A stretch of 64,000 nucleotides of DNA from Moniliella sp. 'wahieum' (taxonomy: Eukaryota), in NCBI GenBank assembly GCA_003971905.1, contig RSEE01000001.1:248001-312000 (forward strand), read 5' to 3'. A program made the position numbers and the translations under genes. This document shows, piece by piece, positions 38,701 to 52,255 of the stretch. The notes below the pieces were generated by a model. The model searched no databases. It saw only the letters and a list, made by a program, of their open reading frames with translations, and was not told the DNA's origin. The stretch's first letter is position 1, and every line of letters starts with the position of its first letter.

Positions 38701-40507
38701 CTTCTCTCGTTGTGGCGCCACTGCTCCGGCGCATTAGAATCCCGCGGGGGGGGGGCATATCGGTAGGATGAACGCCCTTTCCTTCCCTTTCACAATCTTG
38801 CCTTCAGCATCGGCCTTGTGGCGCTACTGGCAAGGACCAGTTGATGCGCCTCTGTGCCTCATCACATCGAGCGCCAAGACATCAGGGGCTCGGGGCGCCT
38901 GCTTGCCTGCTTGATCACCACAGGTACTGCGCCACCTAGACCAACCAGGTGGGTACACTTGGGGCAAGACCGTGTTATTGTACACTCGCTTGGCCAGCCA
39001 CTGTGCGCACGGAGCGCTCGTCCTTGTCTCCGGCTGCGGAAGAATTACAGGCGGGAGACTCAGGGGGCACACTTCGTTCATGATGCCCTGTCGTGTACAT
39101 GTCCGTCGCCGGGCACCCAACGGCCCCGGGCCCACTCTGGAGCGATGACCAGCTCCGGGGAAAGGTAGAAATGGCGTTGCCATTAGGTCAAAACACCATT
39201 TGTGGGAGCTCCCGTGTGAATGTAGCGCGAGTACATATAATACGTGGATCAAACACTATAGACACACTCACGTGAACTGCAAAATCCTTCATCATTATTG
39301 GCTGTCCCACCCTCCCATATCCCTTCTTCCTCATCGTCGTTCCCTCCGTGTGTTCAAGGCTTGAACAGCTGCGACATGGCAGGCACTTTCATGCTCAGAA
39401 TCAAAAATGATGTTATGCATCGGTCCATCAAACATTGAACCAACACACCACACACTGCCTCTATCTCGGAGTGCTGTACAGCTCGACATCATACGACATG
39501 CTCTGTGGCGCCTATATATCTCTGGCTTTTGGTCATCGGTTTCCGGGTCCACAATGAATCTGTGGTTATAATATAGTACGCAACACGCGCTCCTGTCAGG
39601 CTGCCCCCACAAAACACGCTCTCACGGCAGTAGATACTGATCCCGATCCTGCGCGCAGGCTGGCAGGGCCCAGAATGATACAATCAAGGCAACTGTTACG
39701 CCCCTGCAGAAGCTGGCGGGCTATTGCCACAAACATTGGACTCCTCCCCCCAGCGCCCCTTCGGCAGGATGAATGTGGAAGGGAACAAGTCCACGTCGAG
39801 AGGGTCTTCCATAACGATTCCCCCTATTACTAGTAAAAGTGAATTTTGAAGCTCTAATTGGAGTCGTTGTATTATTGTATTAGTGGTGCAAACAGCTCGG
39901 GACACGACGAATAAGACACCAAGAAAAAAAAAGCAGTCGAGGGAACCACCGATCGCTTGACGAGTATTCAGTTAGTAGCAGCGCCCCACATGCTTTTCAA
40001 CCAGCTGATCCTAAGGCACAAGAATACAAGCACGCGGGGATGATGGAAGGAAGGAAAATCAAGGCAAGCCAATAACTATACCCCACGTCCGTGAACGTTC
40101 AGTGCCACCAATAGCCGCGCAAGCACCAAGAAGCAGGCCAAAGGCCACACCTGCCTGTGGCAGAGGAGAGAAGAGAATCGATAATCCTACAAGCGAAATT
40201 CAATCCTCAAGACAACAAAGGGTCTGGAGATAGGACACCACACAAATCACACAAACGATAGGGACAGGTATGCATGCGGGGCAACAAGCCCACAAAATAC
40301 ACAGATTCATCACAAAGGCAGTTGATTGGGGGAAAAGGAGAGTGGGATGGGCATGTGTGTGGGAGGGGGAGGGGCAAGGGGATGAGCAAGGTGGTAAAGG
40401 TCATGCACGAAGGGGGTTAAAAGCCTCAGAGTAGGCCGGGGATGTTTGATGGAGTAGCGGGACCGCCGGCCCAAAAGGCAAAAGGCATAGGGGAATGAGG
40501 TGGGTTT

Positions 40508-42135
40508 TTACTCCTTGAGCGCCACCTTGAAGGGGGCTCCGGTCTTGGCTTTGACCTCTTCCAGCGTTGCGCCGGGTTGGAGCTCAATCAGGGTCAGACC
40601 ACCCTCAGGCGAGGTACGGTCGACGTCAAACACAGCCAAGTTGGTGATGATGCGCGATGCGACCCGCGAGCCGGTCAGAGGCAAGTCACAGTTGGCGACA
40701 ATCTTGGGGTTGCCGTACTTGTCGCAATGGTCCGTAAGAACAATGACCCGGGTTGCCTCGGGGGAGGAGACAAGGTCCATGGCACCGCCCATGCCCTTGA
40801 CCACCTTGCCGGGGATAAAGTAGTTGGCCAGATCGCCATTGGCGCCGACTTGGAGCGCACCCAGCATGGTCACGTCCATGTGACCACCGCGGATCATGCC
40901 AAACGACTCGGACGAGTCAAAGGTAGATGCACCAGGGTTGAGCAGCACCGTCTCCTTGCCGGCATTGACAATGTCCGCATCCACAAGAGGCTCGGTAGGG
41001 TACGGACCCATACCAAGGATACCATTCTCGGATTGCAGCACAATGCTCACGCCTTCGGGCACAAAGTTGGGCGCCAAGGTGGGGAGACCGACACCCAGGT
41101 TGACATAGTCACCGTTCTTGAACTCCTTGGCAGCGCGCTTGGCAATCACCTCGCGCCGGGCCTGGTTGTCCGATACTTCGGTCTTGGCATTGGGATCCTT
41201 GGCGAGCATGATCTTTTCAATCATCTTGGGCTCCTTGGCCTTGACGATCCGGTCCACAAAGACGGACGGCACGTGAATCGAGTTGGGCTCGAGCGAGCCG
41301 GTGGGTACAATCTCCTCGGCCTCGACAATGGTCAACTTGGCGTTCTTGGCCATCGGCGCCGAGAAATTGCCGGCAGTGTAGCGGAAGATGAGGTTACCCT
41401 GCTCGTCTGCCTTCCAAGCATGGATCAGGCCGACGTCCGCCTTGATGGCCTCCTCAAGAATGTACTTCTTTCCGTTGAATTCGCGCTCCTCACGTGGCTT
41501 GGCTTCCTCAATCACCTTGGGAGGTTCCTTGGAGTTGGGGTCGAGCTTGGCAAAGCGAATGGGCAGACCACCGTGTTGAACCAAGGTGCCATAGCCCGTA
41601 GGAGTGTAAAAGGCGGGAATGCCAAACGCACCGGCGCGAATGCGTTCGGCGAGCGAGCCCTGGGGCGTGAGCTCGAGGCCGACCTCGCCATGGAGGAACT
41701 TTTTCTCGAAGTATTTGTTGTTGCCAATGTACGACGAAACACACTTGTTCACTTGTCCATTCTCAATCAGAGCACCTGGCGGATTCAACGTCAGCTGCTG
41801 TGCGTGTAGGCGGGGGGGGGGAGGGGGGACGTACCGAGACCCTCGTCGCCGAGGGCCCGAGTTGTTGGAGACGATGATGAGATCCTTCTTTTCGGGGAAC
41901 TTGGCAATCGCATCGATCAGCGTAAAGGGGGAGCCGCAGAGACCAAAGCCACCTGCGACAACGACGGAGCCAGTCTTGATGTCCTTGACAGCCTCCTCGG
42001 CATTGGCGAAGACCTTGCTGATCTTGGCGCGGACGCAGAAGTGGAGAGGAGACGGTAGGAAGGCGGCAGGGTGGCCAGGGGGGCGCGACGGGCAGCGGAG
42101 GCAGTGGCGCGGCGGGCAAGAACGGGCGCGAACAT
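40508..42135 (-). CDS. Succinyl-CoA:3-oxoacid CoA-transferase (SCOT), mitochondrial precursor
   Basis: Arg/Ala-rich presequence; GGFGLCGSP; ELTPQGSLAERIRAG; YVNLGVGLPT; LQSENGILG (catalytic Glu); GMGGAMDLV. Intron at 41776..41834. Confidence 0.95.
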
Positions 42136-44319
42136 CGCGGGCACGGGGAGGGTTAGGAGAGGGTTAGGAGACGCATAGATGGGGAGGGCAGGGGCGGTAT
42201 ATATACCGTCGGGAGCGGATGTGTTGTGAGCGTCAGGCGTCAGGGCGGCAGGGTGTGGCCTGGTGCGGGGGCGGCCGGGTGGATGGTGGCGGAGACGGCG
42301 AGAGGCGAGAGGAAGTCAGCAGTGCTGCCACACCAGCAGCCTGCCTCCCAGCGCTCGTGCCACCCTCCGTCGCACCCGCTCCAAGCGTGAGACAGAGATG
42401 ATCGGTGAGAGGCGAGATCTGAGAGTGCGGCTAACGCGGACACTGCCCCCGCGGTGCACCGTCCATGCGCTCGGGCGTCTGCATCTGCGCCGAGGCGGAC
42501 GGAGCGGAGCAGCGGCAGACGGCGGCTCAGCGACTCAGGCCCCGGGACCGCTGAGTCTCAGGCGCACCGGCCCCGCGCACCCGGCCACTCTACTGGCTCA
42601 GTCACTGGCAGCCTCCGTCTAAGCGCTGGCAGCCGGCATGCGGCATGCGGGCTGCGCCCCCCCCCCCCCAGCACCTCGCCAGTGTCCATCTGCGCTTGCC
42701 GACGCCCGCAGCAGCCCACTGCCCAGCGCTGCGGCTGGTAAGATCTAAGATGCAAGAGGTAAGCGGGCAGCCGGTAAGCACGGCTGACGCTGACGTCAAC
42801 GCATCACGGCATCACCCTCTACGCTGCCACGATCGAATCCATCCACAGTCGAGGCCCAAGCCGCAGCGAAGCTTCCGCACGGCATGGCGCTCAGCCTCAC
42901 CGCTCACCGCAGCCCGAGCACGCCTCCCATGCTGCCTCCTCAGCTTCCAAAGCACATTCATTGTGCGAGAGCGCGTGACGCGCGCCGGGCGGGAGGCCCT
43001 GAGGATTGCAGACGCAGCCGTCTTGCTCAGCCTCCTCCCTCGGGGGCACTGCATTCATCGAGTCCTCAGCCGGAGGTCTTCTACCGGTTACCCCGCATAT
43101 GCCCTTGCCGTGTGTATCTTTCTCGTCGCGTGGGTTGGGGGGCACATCTCGCGTCCTCGACGTCTCGTCGATCATCCCAGCTCACTCGTAGCCACACTGA
43201 TGTATGATGGCTGACTGGGTTTTCAGCTGCGATTACATCAGGGTGCACAACGTGTACACTTCCATCGCCCTCACTGGCAGCCTCTCTCCACGACAGCCAC
43301 TGCACACTGTGTGGCGCACTTTTCAGCCTTTGTGAGTGACTTGCTGCCAGGCTGAACGTGAACGTTCAGGCTGAACAGTCTGTTTCCTGTAAATATTAAA
43401 TGCCATGGCATATACATGAGCCTTGTGCCAAAAGCTCTGGGGATATTATGTTCTTTTGCCCGGTGCACTTGCATCACAGACGTTTTGCCCTCCATCGTCG
43501 GTGCGGCACGTACGACCAGCTCTTCTCCGCACGACACGCCCTACGCACAATAAGAAAGGAGGAGATGGTTGTACTATTCCAGGAGAGGAGCCCGTCAAGA
43601 GCAGAACATAGGGGAGAGTCGGAGAAGAACAGCCTTGAAGGTGATGCGTGATCAACTACATGCGTGATGACGCTGACATAATAAACACATTGTTTGCCTT
43701 TTTTTTGTCCCTTCCTACGTCCTACAACCTGTGAGAGGGCACAGCCCGGGGGAAATAGTGAGGAAAAGAAGAGACTCAGGATCACACAGTCTAACACAAC
43801 CTCGCCGGTGCAAGCCAAAATAAAGTTTTAAAGACCCAAGCATCACTTAGCCAGAGCTCAGCCGCTGTCCAATACTGAAACGCAGTGTTCCGACAAGGAG
43901 GCTTCCATGGTGTATGACTGGTGACCTTGCTTTTGCCACACCATGAGAAACCGCTGCCGGGGGAGTGGGCATGTGGGTTGGACATTGGATGCCGATGAAT
44001 TGCGGGGCTCCGCATCTCAGATCATCGATCATCGATGATCGATCTCATCCATCCTATACTCGTCACGCGTCACGGATCATTCAGTGTTGAATATTCGCAA
44101 GCATCTCCTGCACATCATGCATCATGCATCATCCATCAGCCGCACCTGTCAATCTATCACTTGTCAATATCACTTGTCACACATGCTACGCCACTGCTAC
44201 GCCAGTCCTACGCCTCTTCCCACAGGGGACTGAGCCACCGTATCCCCTCCCTAGATACTGACGGGACGCGGGGATTCTCCCGCGGGTGGGGTCTTACGTA
44301 TCCACACTTATTATACTTT

Positions 44320-44374
44320 TCAAGCTACAAGCTACAAGCTTCAAGCTTCAAACTTCAAGCTTCAAGCTCGAAGC
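44320..44374. repeat. (TCAAGCT)n period-7 tandem array upstream of SPT6
   Basis: tcaagctacaagctacaagcttcaagcttcaaacttcaagcttcaagctcgaagc, about 8 units. Confidence 0.85.
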
Positions 44375-44749
44375 AAGGTTGGGCAGTTTGAGCGCGTCTA
44401 TCTCTTTGGAGAGAAGATGCTCTGGCGTTGAACATGGAGATCAACCCAGAGCGCCACATTCTGTTAATCATGTCGAGTTGGAGGGAAGCAGAGAGAGGCG
44501 GTGGGATCTAACTTTTCTCACGCCGTATTATGTATCGTATGCAAAGCAAGCGTTGCGATGCAGGATGGCCGGTCTTGTTTCAAAAGTACAAGGCGGAATA
44601 GGGATTGCTACGCGGCGGCATTCGTTCCGCGTGCGGTTCATCCATCATCTTGTCTGACACGTCTCCTGGCTCCACCTTGGCCCCGCCTGGCCACCATCGC
44701 GCGTTTGGGTCTGAGGAGCCCACCTGGCGTCTCCACACCGTCTATCGAC

Positions 44750-45270
44750 ATGTCGAACAAGGAGCGCGCTGAATCTCCCAAAATTTTGCGTCAAAAATCT
44801 GCCTCCCTCTCAGACAGCGAGGGAGAAGGGAAAGAGTTAACCACAACCACCCCACCACCACTGAGGCGAGGGGGATGACTCATCCGAGGTGGACGACTCG
44901 TCCGAGGGGGATGATTCGTCCGAGGAGGATGAAGATGACGAGGATGCCGCCCGTGAGGTCGCAGAAGGATTTATTGTGGATGAAGATGAGGATGAGGAAT
45001 ACGACGAGCGTCGTCACCGTCACCGTGGACGCAAACGCAATAAGAAGCGTCGCGAGATGAGGAAGAACGCGAGGACTTAGACCTCGTCACCGAGAACACG
45101 GGCCACCCGTGCCAAGTTTGCAGTATATATTTTGTTTGAAAAAAACCACTCTCGTGTGGACCTGATCCACTTTACTAACCCTTACGACCACAGCACAAAC
45201 TCAAGCGCTTGAGCCGCGTGGCTCACGCGAGCCCTCATCCCGCCCTACTGACTTGGCTCGCATGTTTGAG

Positions 45271-45302
<32 letters not shown>

Positions 45303-47897
45303 AGAAGTGCTGAGCATTGCAGATGCAATCAACGCAGGTCCCAACACTTCTTCCCGCCGCGATAGCACTACTCGTCCCGTTGCATATGTCGACGAAGATG
45401 ACATATGGACGAAGATTTCATCGATGATGATGACGAAGACTTGGAAGGGCTAGACGAGGATGGACGGGAAACGCGCCATCAAGGGCTCAATGGAGAGAAG
45501 CGTAGACTGAAGGCTGCTGGTCGTGTTCTCGGAATGGACCCGGCTAAATTGGGCTTTGACCGCGAGTCTTGGGGGTTATGCATGACGGGTTTGGTAGCGG
45601 AGACGATTACGACTTGGCTCCGAGCCCGAGGATGAAGAGCTGTTGAAGGAGGTCCTCCCGAGAGTCTCCTTGAAGGATGTGTGTACTTTACTCTTCGCTT
45701 CCATTGCCAAGTGCAGCCCACTGACGTTTGTTTATGTACAGGTATTTGAACCAGCTCACAGATAGAGAGCAAGATGCTCACGGACCGGGACGAGACAATT
45801 CGCGAGCTTGACTATCCCGAACTCACCCAGCTTGCCCTTCCACAAGACATTGCGTCCGTACTATTGGGGGTCGCACTGGATGATGACCAGTTGGACGAGG
45901 CGGCCAAGTGGGCCAGTGTAACAGTGTGGCATCCCGGGCGAAGACAACCTTGCCGGACGGGGACTGAGAGGAAGTCAGCGCTCAGCCCTCTCGGCTCGTC
46001 GGGCAAGGAGACCGGACGTAGGCCCGAAGCGCGAGCTTCGTAGCAAAAGGGTAGTGCCCCTCTGCCTTGCCGTTCCCAAGCTGAGTCCAGGCGAGGCCAG
46101 TTGAGGCGGGCCGTAGGACAAGACGAATGGTCGCTTGCCCCAATACATTCTCGGTACGGAGCGGGTATTTATATAGGAAAAGGCAAAGGGCCCGTGAGCT
46201 ACGCAATTGGCAAGCGGCCAAAACTGTGGCCTGTCGGAGACCACATGCGTTGAATGACCCCGTTCACCGGCTAGGAGAAGCCGAGAACATGCGATAAGCA
46301 GCGGCGCCGTCAACAGAAATATTCCGGTGGCTTCTCCGCATCGCACCGTGACAGCCAGCATTCGGATCTCTTCCCGCAACCATAAGACGTTATTGAGAAA
46401 GGAACGTGGCGGTCGCTTTACGACCACTGGCTTGCCTGTAGTGGTCTGCACAAACTCAACATACCTATCCCGCTCGGAACTGATCCAACCGTATGCGGAA
46501 CGACGGGGCGCCTTCCTACTTCCCATGGCGGACCAAGCGTTCATAATGTTTACGGGCGAAACGCGGAGGACGGTTGATGCCGATTGGTGGTGCCCGTCCG
46601 GATCATTCGGATCGTGGATAAGGGCCGTGCCGCCGTGACCCGTGTGGGCAGGACAGTTGCCTTTCTCCTTTTGGTCCTTCTTGACAGTAGTGGGATCGAG
46701 AAGAGAAGATCTTTGCCCTACGCCATCCCAAATTGGAAGGAGCACTCCCGCGTTCGTCTATGCCTTCAGTGTCAACCAGACCATTGACGCGATGGCCATC
46801 CAATTCGACCCTGCCACCGCTACCGTCGAGCTGACCGCCGATTCAAGCTACTTTGCCGAGGGGGATGTGGTTCACCGCGCAATGCCCACGGATCCACTAT
46901 ACTTTGACCTGGCCCACAAACGGGGCGGGACCAAGCCGTTCGCCGTGCCTGGTAACAGGGCAGTGTCGTGCGCATATCCCAACTTTCACCATATCATCAA
47001 AGCGGGCAAGACAGAAAAGATGCTGGCCAATGAGGGGGATGGCGCAGTCATCATCCGTCCCAGTTCATGTGGAACCGACCACTTGGCTGTGGCATGGTGG
47101 TTGTACCCGGGAGTGTACCAGCACATTGACGTTAAGGAGCTGGATAAGGAGAATGAGTACGCGCTCGGGCGCCGCCTCGTGGTAGGCGGTGAGGTGTACT
47201 CGGACTTGGACGAGCTGATTGTGGGGCACATTGATCTTATGTTCCGCAAAGTACAGGAAGTGGTGCACCATGACAAGTTCAAAGGCGAGGAGGATGAGCT
47301 GAACAAGTACTTTTCAACTACTGCCAAGCCAACCCTCACAAGTAGCAGTATGATGGATGTGCGATCGATCGCAAGCACCCTGGCTATGTTAAATTGTTCT
47401 TCAAAGCGCGCTGGGAAAGAAGTGTTGTCGTGGCCAGTCAAGGTGCTTCCCAACGCTTTTTTCGTGCGCTCCTCCCAAAATCCCGACGTGCCCTCCCTTT
47501 GCAACGCCTTCAAGTCGCTTTACATGGCCGTCGGCCTCACCTACCCCGCTGGGCGCACCCCGCCGTGGGAGCAGGGCGCACCCCAGCCTATGGCGACCGC
47601 ACTCCGGCCTACGCTGGCCTTCGCAACCCGGTTCATCTGGCCGCAAGTGCTACCCCGCTCGCCCGCCCCCCCCTATATGGGGGCGGATACGGTGGGAGGG
47701 GCCTACGCGGACCCATGTCCCTCCGTACCCCCTTGGCCGGTACCCGGGTCCGGCAGCTCCCAACCCCTATGCTGGCAGTGCACCGCTCTGCCCCGCCCAC
47801 CCCCGGGTAGGGACCCGGGAACTTACTCACACGTCCTCCCATGGGGTACCAGGTGCCTCCGCCTGGCCCGCCCCCTCTTCGGCCGCAGTGGAGCTGA
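44750..47897 (+). CDS. SPT6: Transcription elongation factor Spt6; core region collapsed or garbled in this sequence
   Basis: Acidic N-terminus with EGFIVDEDE and DFIDDD; FEPAQIESKMLTDRDETIRELDYPE; FTGETRRT/VPVRIIR (S1); tandem SH2 IIRPSSCGTDHLAVAW..YQHIDVKELDKENEYALGRRLVVGGEVYSDLDELIV; GRTP repeats. Confidence 0.88.
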
Positions 47898-48747
47898 ACG
47901 AAAGAGCCAGCGAGGGGGGGGGGGCACCGGCGTTGAGGTTAACGGCCATGTCCGTGAAAAAGAAAGCTCAATATGTTATGGACATTCGAGGAAATCCAAA
48001 AGTGTCTTGCTCCCACCCCCATCCCATGAGAGCTTCTGGCCCGGCTCAATAAGTAGTTCTCGACTCCGAAGACTGGAGGGCAATTGTGCAAAGTCGCACC
48101 GCCCGGTAGCTACAAAGATGGCAGAATCATTATAGCACTTTGGAAGCCGCCTATAGCACAGTGTTGGTATGAACTTGGCCCTGGCCGAGAAGCGAGGAGA
48201 GTTGGGTGTGAGGGACACGCCCGGAGTTCGAGGTGACAGGTTGCGAATCACATTAAAAGCGGGCGACGTAGATGTAGCCTATCGGAGAATTACATGAGGG
48301 GGGGAGCGGAGTTTTACTTGGATGAAGAAGCAAAAAAGGCGAGAAGTGTCACATGTCACATGTCACTACCCACAGGTGAGCCAGTGAGGGCAAGATTGCC
48401 GGGGGGGGGGGGGACAGCGAGGTTGAACGTTCAACGTTGTTCGATGATCGATGATCCCCTGTGTTGTGGCCCCCGTTTGGCTTTGCGCGGGAGTATAAAA
48501 TAGCACCCCTTCCGTCCCAAATCCGGCACGCTTGAGGATGTGAGCGCTTGCTGAGCGACGTTCACGTCCAGTGTTGAACGTTTCACCGTTCCAAACAGAT
48601 TAATAACTCATTCTCCCCAGACTCCTACCCAGGATTCATGAATCCAACCCAGTCGTGGTGTGTGACATTGACATTGCGAATGCGACCGCATGCGACCGGT
48701 AACTACTGTGCCCAACGGCCTACTAGCTACTAAGGCGTACTACGTGC

Positions 48748-48787
48748 CACATGTCACCTGTCACATGTCACATGTCACATGTCACAC
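48748..48787. repeat. (TCACATG)n period-7 tandem array
   Basis: cacatgtcacctgtcacatgtcacatgtcacatgtcaca; a similar array lies at 48346..48366. Confidence 0.85.
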
Positions 48788-49274
48788 AGCCAGCCCACGG
48801 TGCGGCCGTAGCGGTAGCCCGGTGTGGTCTTGGGAAATGCCGGAGGCTGGATCTCCACTGTGGCCCCGTGCCCTGGCAGCCGCGCTGGATCCAGCCAGGG
48901 TCCGGCGCTGTCCCGCCGCCTGCCGCAACCCTGCTGCACCCCTGTGCACCCTCCCAGCAGGTGTGGACAGTCCGCAGGCGCCCAGGGAAGCGGCCGAGAG
49001 CCGCTGACCAATGGTCAATGGCTGCTGGCGTAGTATCAGTGACCTCTGAGATCTCGCCGCCCGCGCACAGACCCTGCGCGCGAATTGGCGACACAGGAGT
49101 GCATGTTGCGGACGCGCAGCCTGCAGCTGGGAGCGCACATGAAAAGTGCACCGCATCGTGAAACGCGGAGTTGGCACAGCTGCAGCCATCCGCCTCCGTA
49201 GCATCTCAGCCACCCTTGCCACTGTTTCCCTTGGCATCTCCGCACCACCACCTCCACTTCTCCTCTCCCTCTTG

Positions 49275-51155
49275 ATGTCTGCCAGCTCGAGCCCCTCATC
49301 CTGTGCCTGCAACAGCACGCCCGTCTACTCCCTCGCCGTCGGCCCCTCCGTGACTGCCGCCGCCAACTAGTCCACACCCCTCCGCCCCGCAGGTCACTTG
49401 CACCCTCCGCTCTTCCCCCTGTCGAGCTCATGCCCCCACCACCCCAACGTGCCCCGGCGGATAAGCCAAAAGCGTTTCGTCCCTTTGCCCCAAACGCCTG
49501 GCGGCCATGGCATACCATACTTTTGAGTGCCTTGGTGTCCCCTTTCATGTCCATCAGCGCTACTCGTTCGTTCGCCCCCTGGGCGTCGGCTCGTATGGCT
49601 GTGTTGCTCTGGCTCATGATTCTGTCCTGGATGTAACGGTTGCGTACGTTTTTCTTCATTTCTCTCTCGGCCACGCAGCGCTAACCTTGCCTTCATTCCA
49701 GCATCAAGAAAATGGGTCGTGTCTTCAACAACCGTGGCATTGCACGCCATGCATTACGCGAGGTCGCCATCCTCCGCCATCTGAGCTTCTGCGATAATTC
49801 AACTGTCCTTCTCGACTTTGATGCTACCTTTGTCGAGTGGGATGAGATCTATTTCATTATGGCCCCATCCGAGGCTACTCTGGCCCAAATCATCCGCTCC
49901 AGCCAACCGCTTAGCAACGCGCATCTTCAATATTTTGCCGTTCAGATGCTTCGTGGAGTGCGGTACATGCACGCGGCTCACATCGTCCACCGAGACCTCA
50001 AGCCAAGCAACCTGTTGGTCAACGCCGACTGTGCTCTGCGCATTTGCGATTACGGCCTAGCCCGTGCTTGGTCCGAGGTTCCTTTTGAGGGCGGCTGTGG
50101 TCTTGCTACTCCACCTCCTTCCACCCTCCCCTCGGCCCACAGTGCCGCCGACGTTTCCTTCTCCCCCAATGCCTCATGTCAAACACCCGCCTCAGTCCTG
50201 GCTTGGCAGCCAGCTCACGCCAGCCCGTCATCGCTACGGTTGCCCTGCCCGCCGCAAAGTACCCGCCTATCCTACCCTGGCGAGCCACTTTCGGGCCATG
50301 TGGCCACGCGGTGGTACCGTGCGCCCGAGGTGTTGCTCCAGTTTCAGGGGGGTATGGCCCCGAGATGGACATGTGGGCCGTGGGCTGCATCATCGCAGAA
50401 CTTTTGCTGAGGCAGCCCTTGTTCCCAGGAAAAGACGCCATGGATCAATTGTGGTGCATTACCCAGCTACTTGGCAGTCCGTCGGAGGCGACTTTGGCCA
50501 AGTCGGCCTCGGCCTCGGCCCGAACCAAGGTCGCGTCCTGGGGCCTCCATCCGGCAGCTGCCTTGACCTCGCTCTTCCCTCCGGAGTGCCATCCGTTGGC
50601 GATTGATCTCGTCGCGCGCCTGCTCACATGGGAGCCAAGCGAGCGTATGACTGCCGCCGAGGCGCTGGACCATCCATGGCTCACTGCGTACTATGAATCC
50701 TCAGCTACCTGGACGCAGCCCTCGGCATTTAGTGAGTTTGACTCGGTCGAGCTCACTACCCACCGGACCGAGATGATGCAAGTGTTCCAAGCTGAACAAG
50801 AAGCCATGCGGGCCGAATGGTGTGCGCTAGAGGGGGAGTCACCGGACGAGGTTCTGCGCTTTGACACTGCCTGGGCGAATCCAGCCCTCTGCCCAACCCC
50901 TGCGCCCACCCGGTGCCGACACCTACTTTGGCTGTGTCCCCCGATTCGAGCGAGTGTGCCACCAGCGTTGCCACGCCCTTGGACGAATCCCGTGGTCACC
51001 CCCCAGTCGAACTGGGCGGGTTGGGGCGGGAGCGAGACGTCACGGCGAAGAGAGACAAGTTGTCGGCGTCTGAACCTCACAACGCGACGATACTTTCCGA
51101 TCCCGACCGGTCCACTGGCCCTGTGGGTGTCAGTGTACCCATCTGGGGAAGATGA
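49275..51155 (+). CDS. Atypical MAP kinase (Slt2/Mpk1-like framework, no TxY)
   Basis: [11 protein letters not shown]^IKK (intron ~49645..49701); [73 protein letters not shown]. Start and stop are approximate. Confidence 0.88.
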
Positions 51156-52011
51156 CATCACCAAAATCAATAAATCATTGATCGGCTCCAACTGTGGGGC
51201 GGATCAGGGTCTCGAACTCTCCTATTCCCCGAACTCCTGGATTGGAGCGGCTCCTCGTCGGGGATAATGCACAACGCACTCATGGGGCTGCTGGATGCAT
51301 GACCGGCGCCCTCGCGCATCATGCATCATGAGAGTACCGCTGCGCTTTTTCTTGCATCCAAGTTCCCACTCTTTCTCCCCCCCTCTTCGTCGGTCTCCTC
51401 GTCTGCCCGCCGACGCACCATCTCTTATTCCGTCGTGCGCTGCTGATGGCTTTGCGCTGCAGAGACATATACCCCTGTCCTCTATCCTGCCCTATATGCG
51501 CCCCCATCTATGGCATGTTTTCATTGTCCTCCCTCCGGTCGCGTAGCACACAGGTGTGACCTTCGTCCTCACCAGTAACCGCGCTAGTTGATGTGCTTCA
51601 CATATATAGATCCATTTGTCCTTTTCTCTCCCATTCTTTCGGCCATCAACTTTCATGTATCGCAAGCTTACTTGCATGCGTATTCTGTATTAGCCCTCTA
51701 TCTCACCCGAACGATGCTGAAAGGTCCAAAAGCCCTATGGGCCTCAAGCCTGTGAGCCGCAGGCCTCACCTGCCCCACGAACCTACAATATCTTCTCGAT
51801 CGGAACGACCGATCTTGAAAATCACTGAACGAACTGTGGGCGGGTCAATTCACGTTCAATACTTTTCCGTGTTGCATGTTGGGGCTGAACCAGACATCTT
51901 GGACGTGGGCTAACCTTGGGTCCGATGTACGTGGGCTGTAATGATCTCGATGATAATACAGTCTTCAGATGAGGAAGATGGATGGGCAAAATAAGGACGC
52001 CCTTGTCGGGT

Positions 52012-52096
52012 CGAACGACGCAGGGGTCGAACCTGCAACCTCCTGATTACACTTTGAAAATCGTAGTCAGACGCGCTACCATTGCGCCAGCCGTCC
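52012..52096 (-). tRNA. tRNA-Arg(ACG) with 13-nt intron (52048..52060)
   Basis: Minus-strand cloverleaf: GGACGGC/GTCGTTC acceptor, GCGC D-stem, TCTGA-CT-ACG-A^A-TCAGG anticodon arm, GCAGG-TTCGACC-CCTGC T-arm. Confidence 0.93.
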
Positions 52097-52255
52097 TTGT
52101 TGAGCGACAAAGGCCTAGGCTGTCCACGTCGACAAACGGTTAATTACGTAACCGGTGTAGATAAGGGCCATCCACGTGGGCCGCTCAGCTGCCCATACGA
52201 CATCAACACAGATCGGTCGAGTGGATTCTGCAGAACAACCATCACACCGTCCACC

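Noticed and set aside
42150..42171. GGGTTAGGAGA tandem duplication in the SCOT 5' leader
   Set aside because: Two copies only; telomere-like by chance, with no evidence of function.
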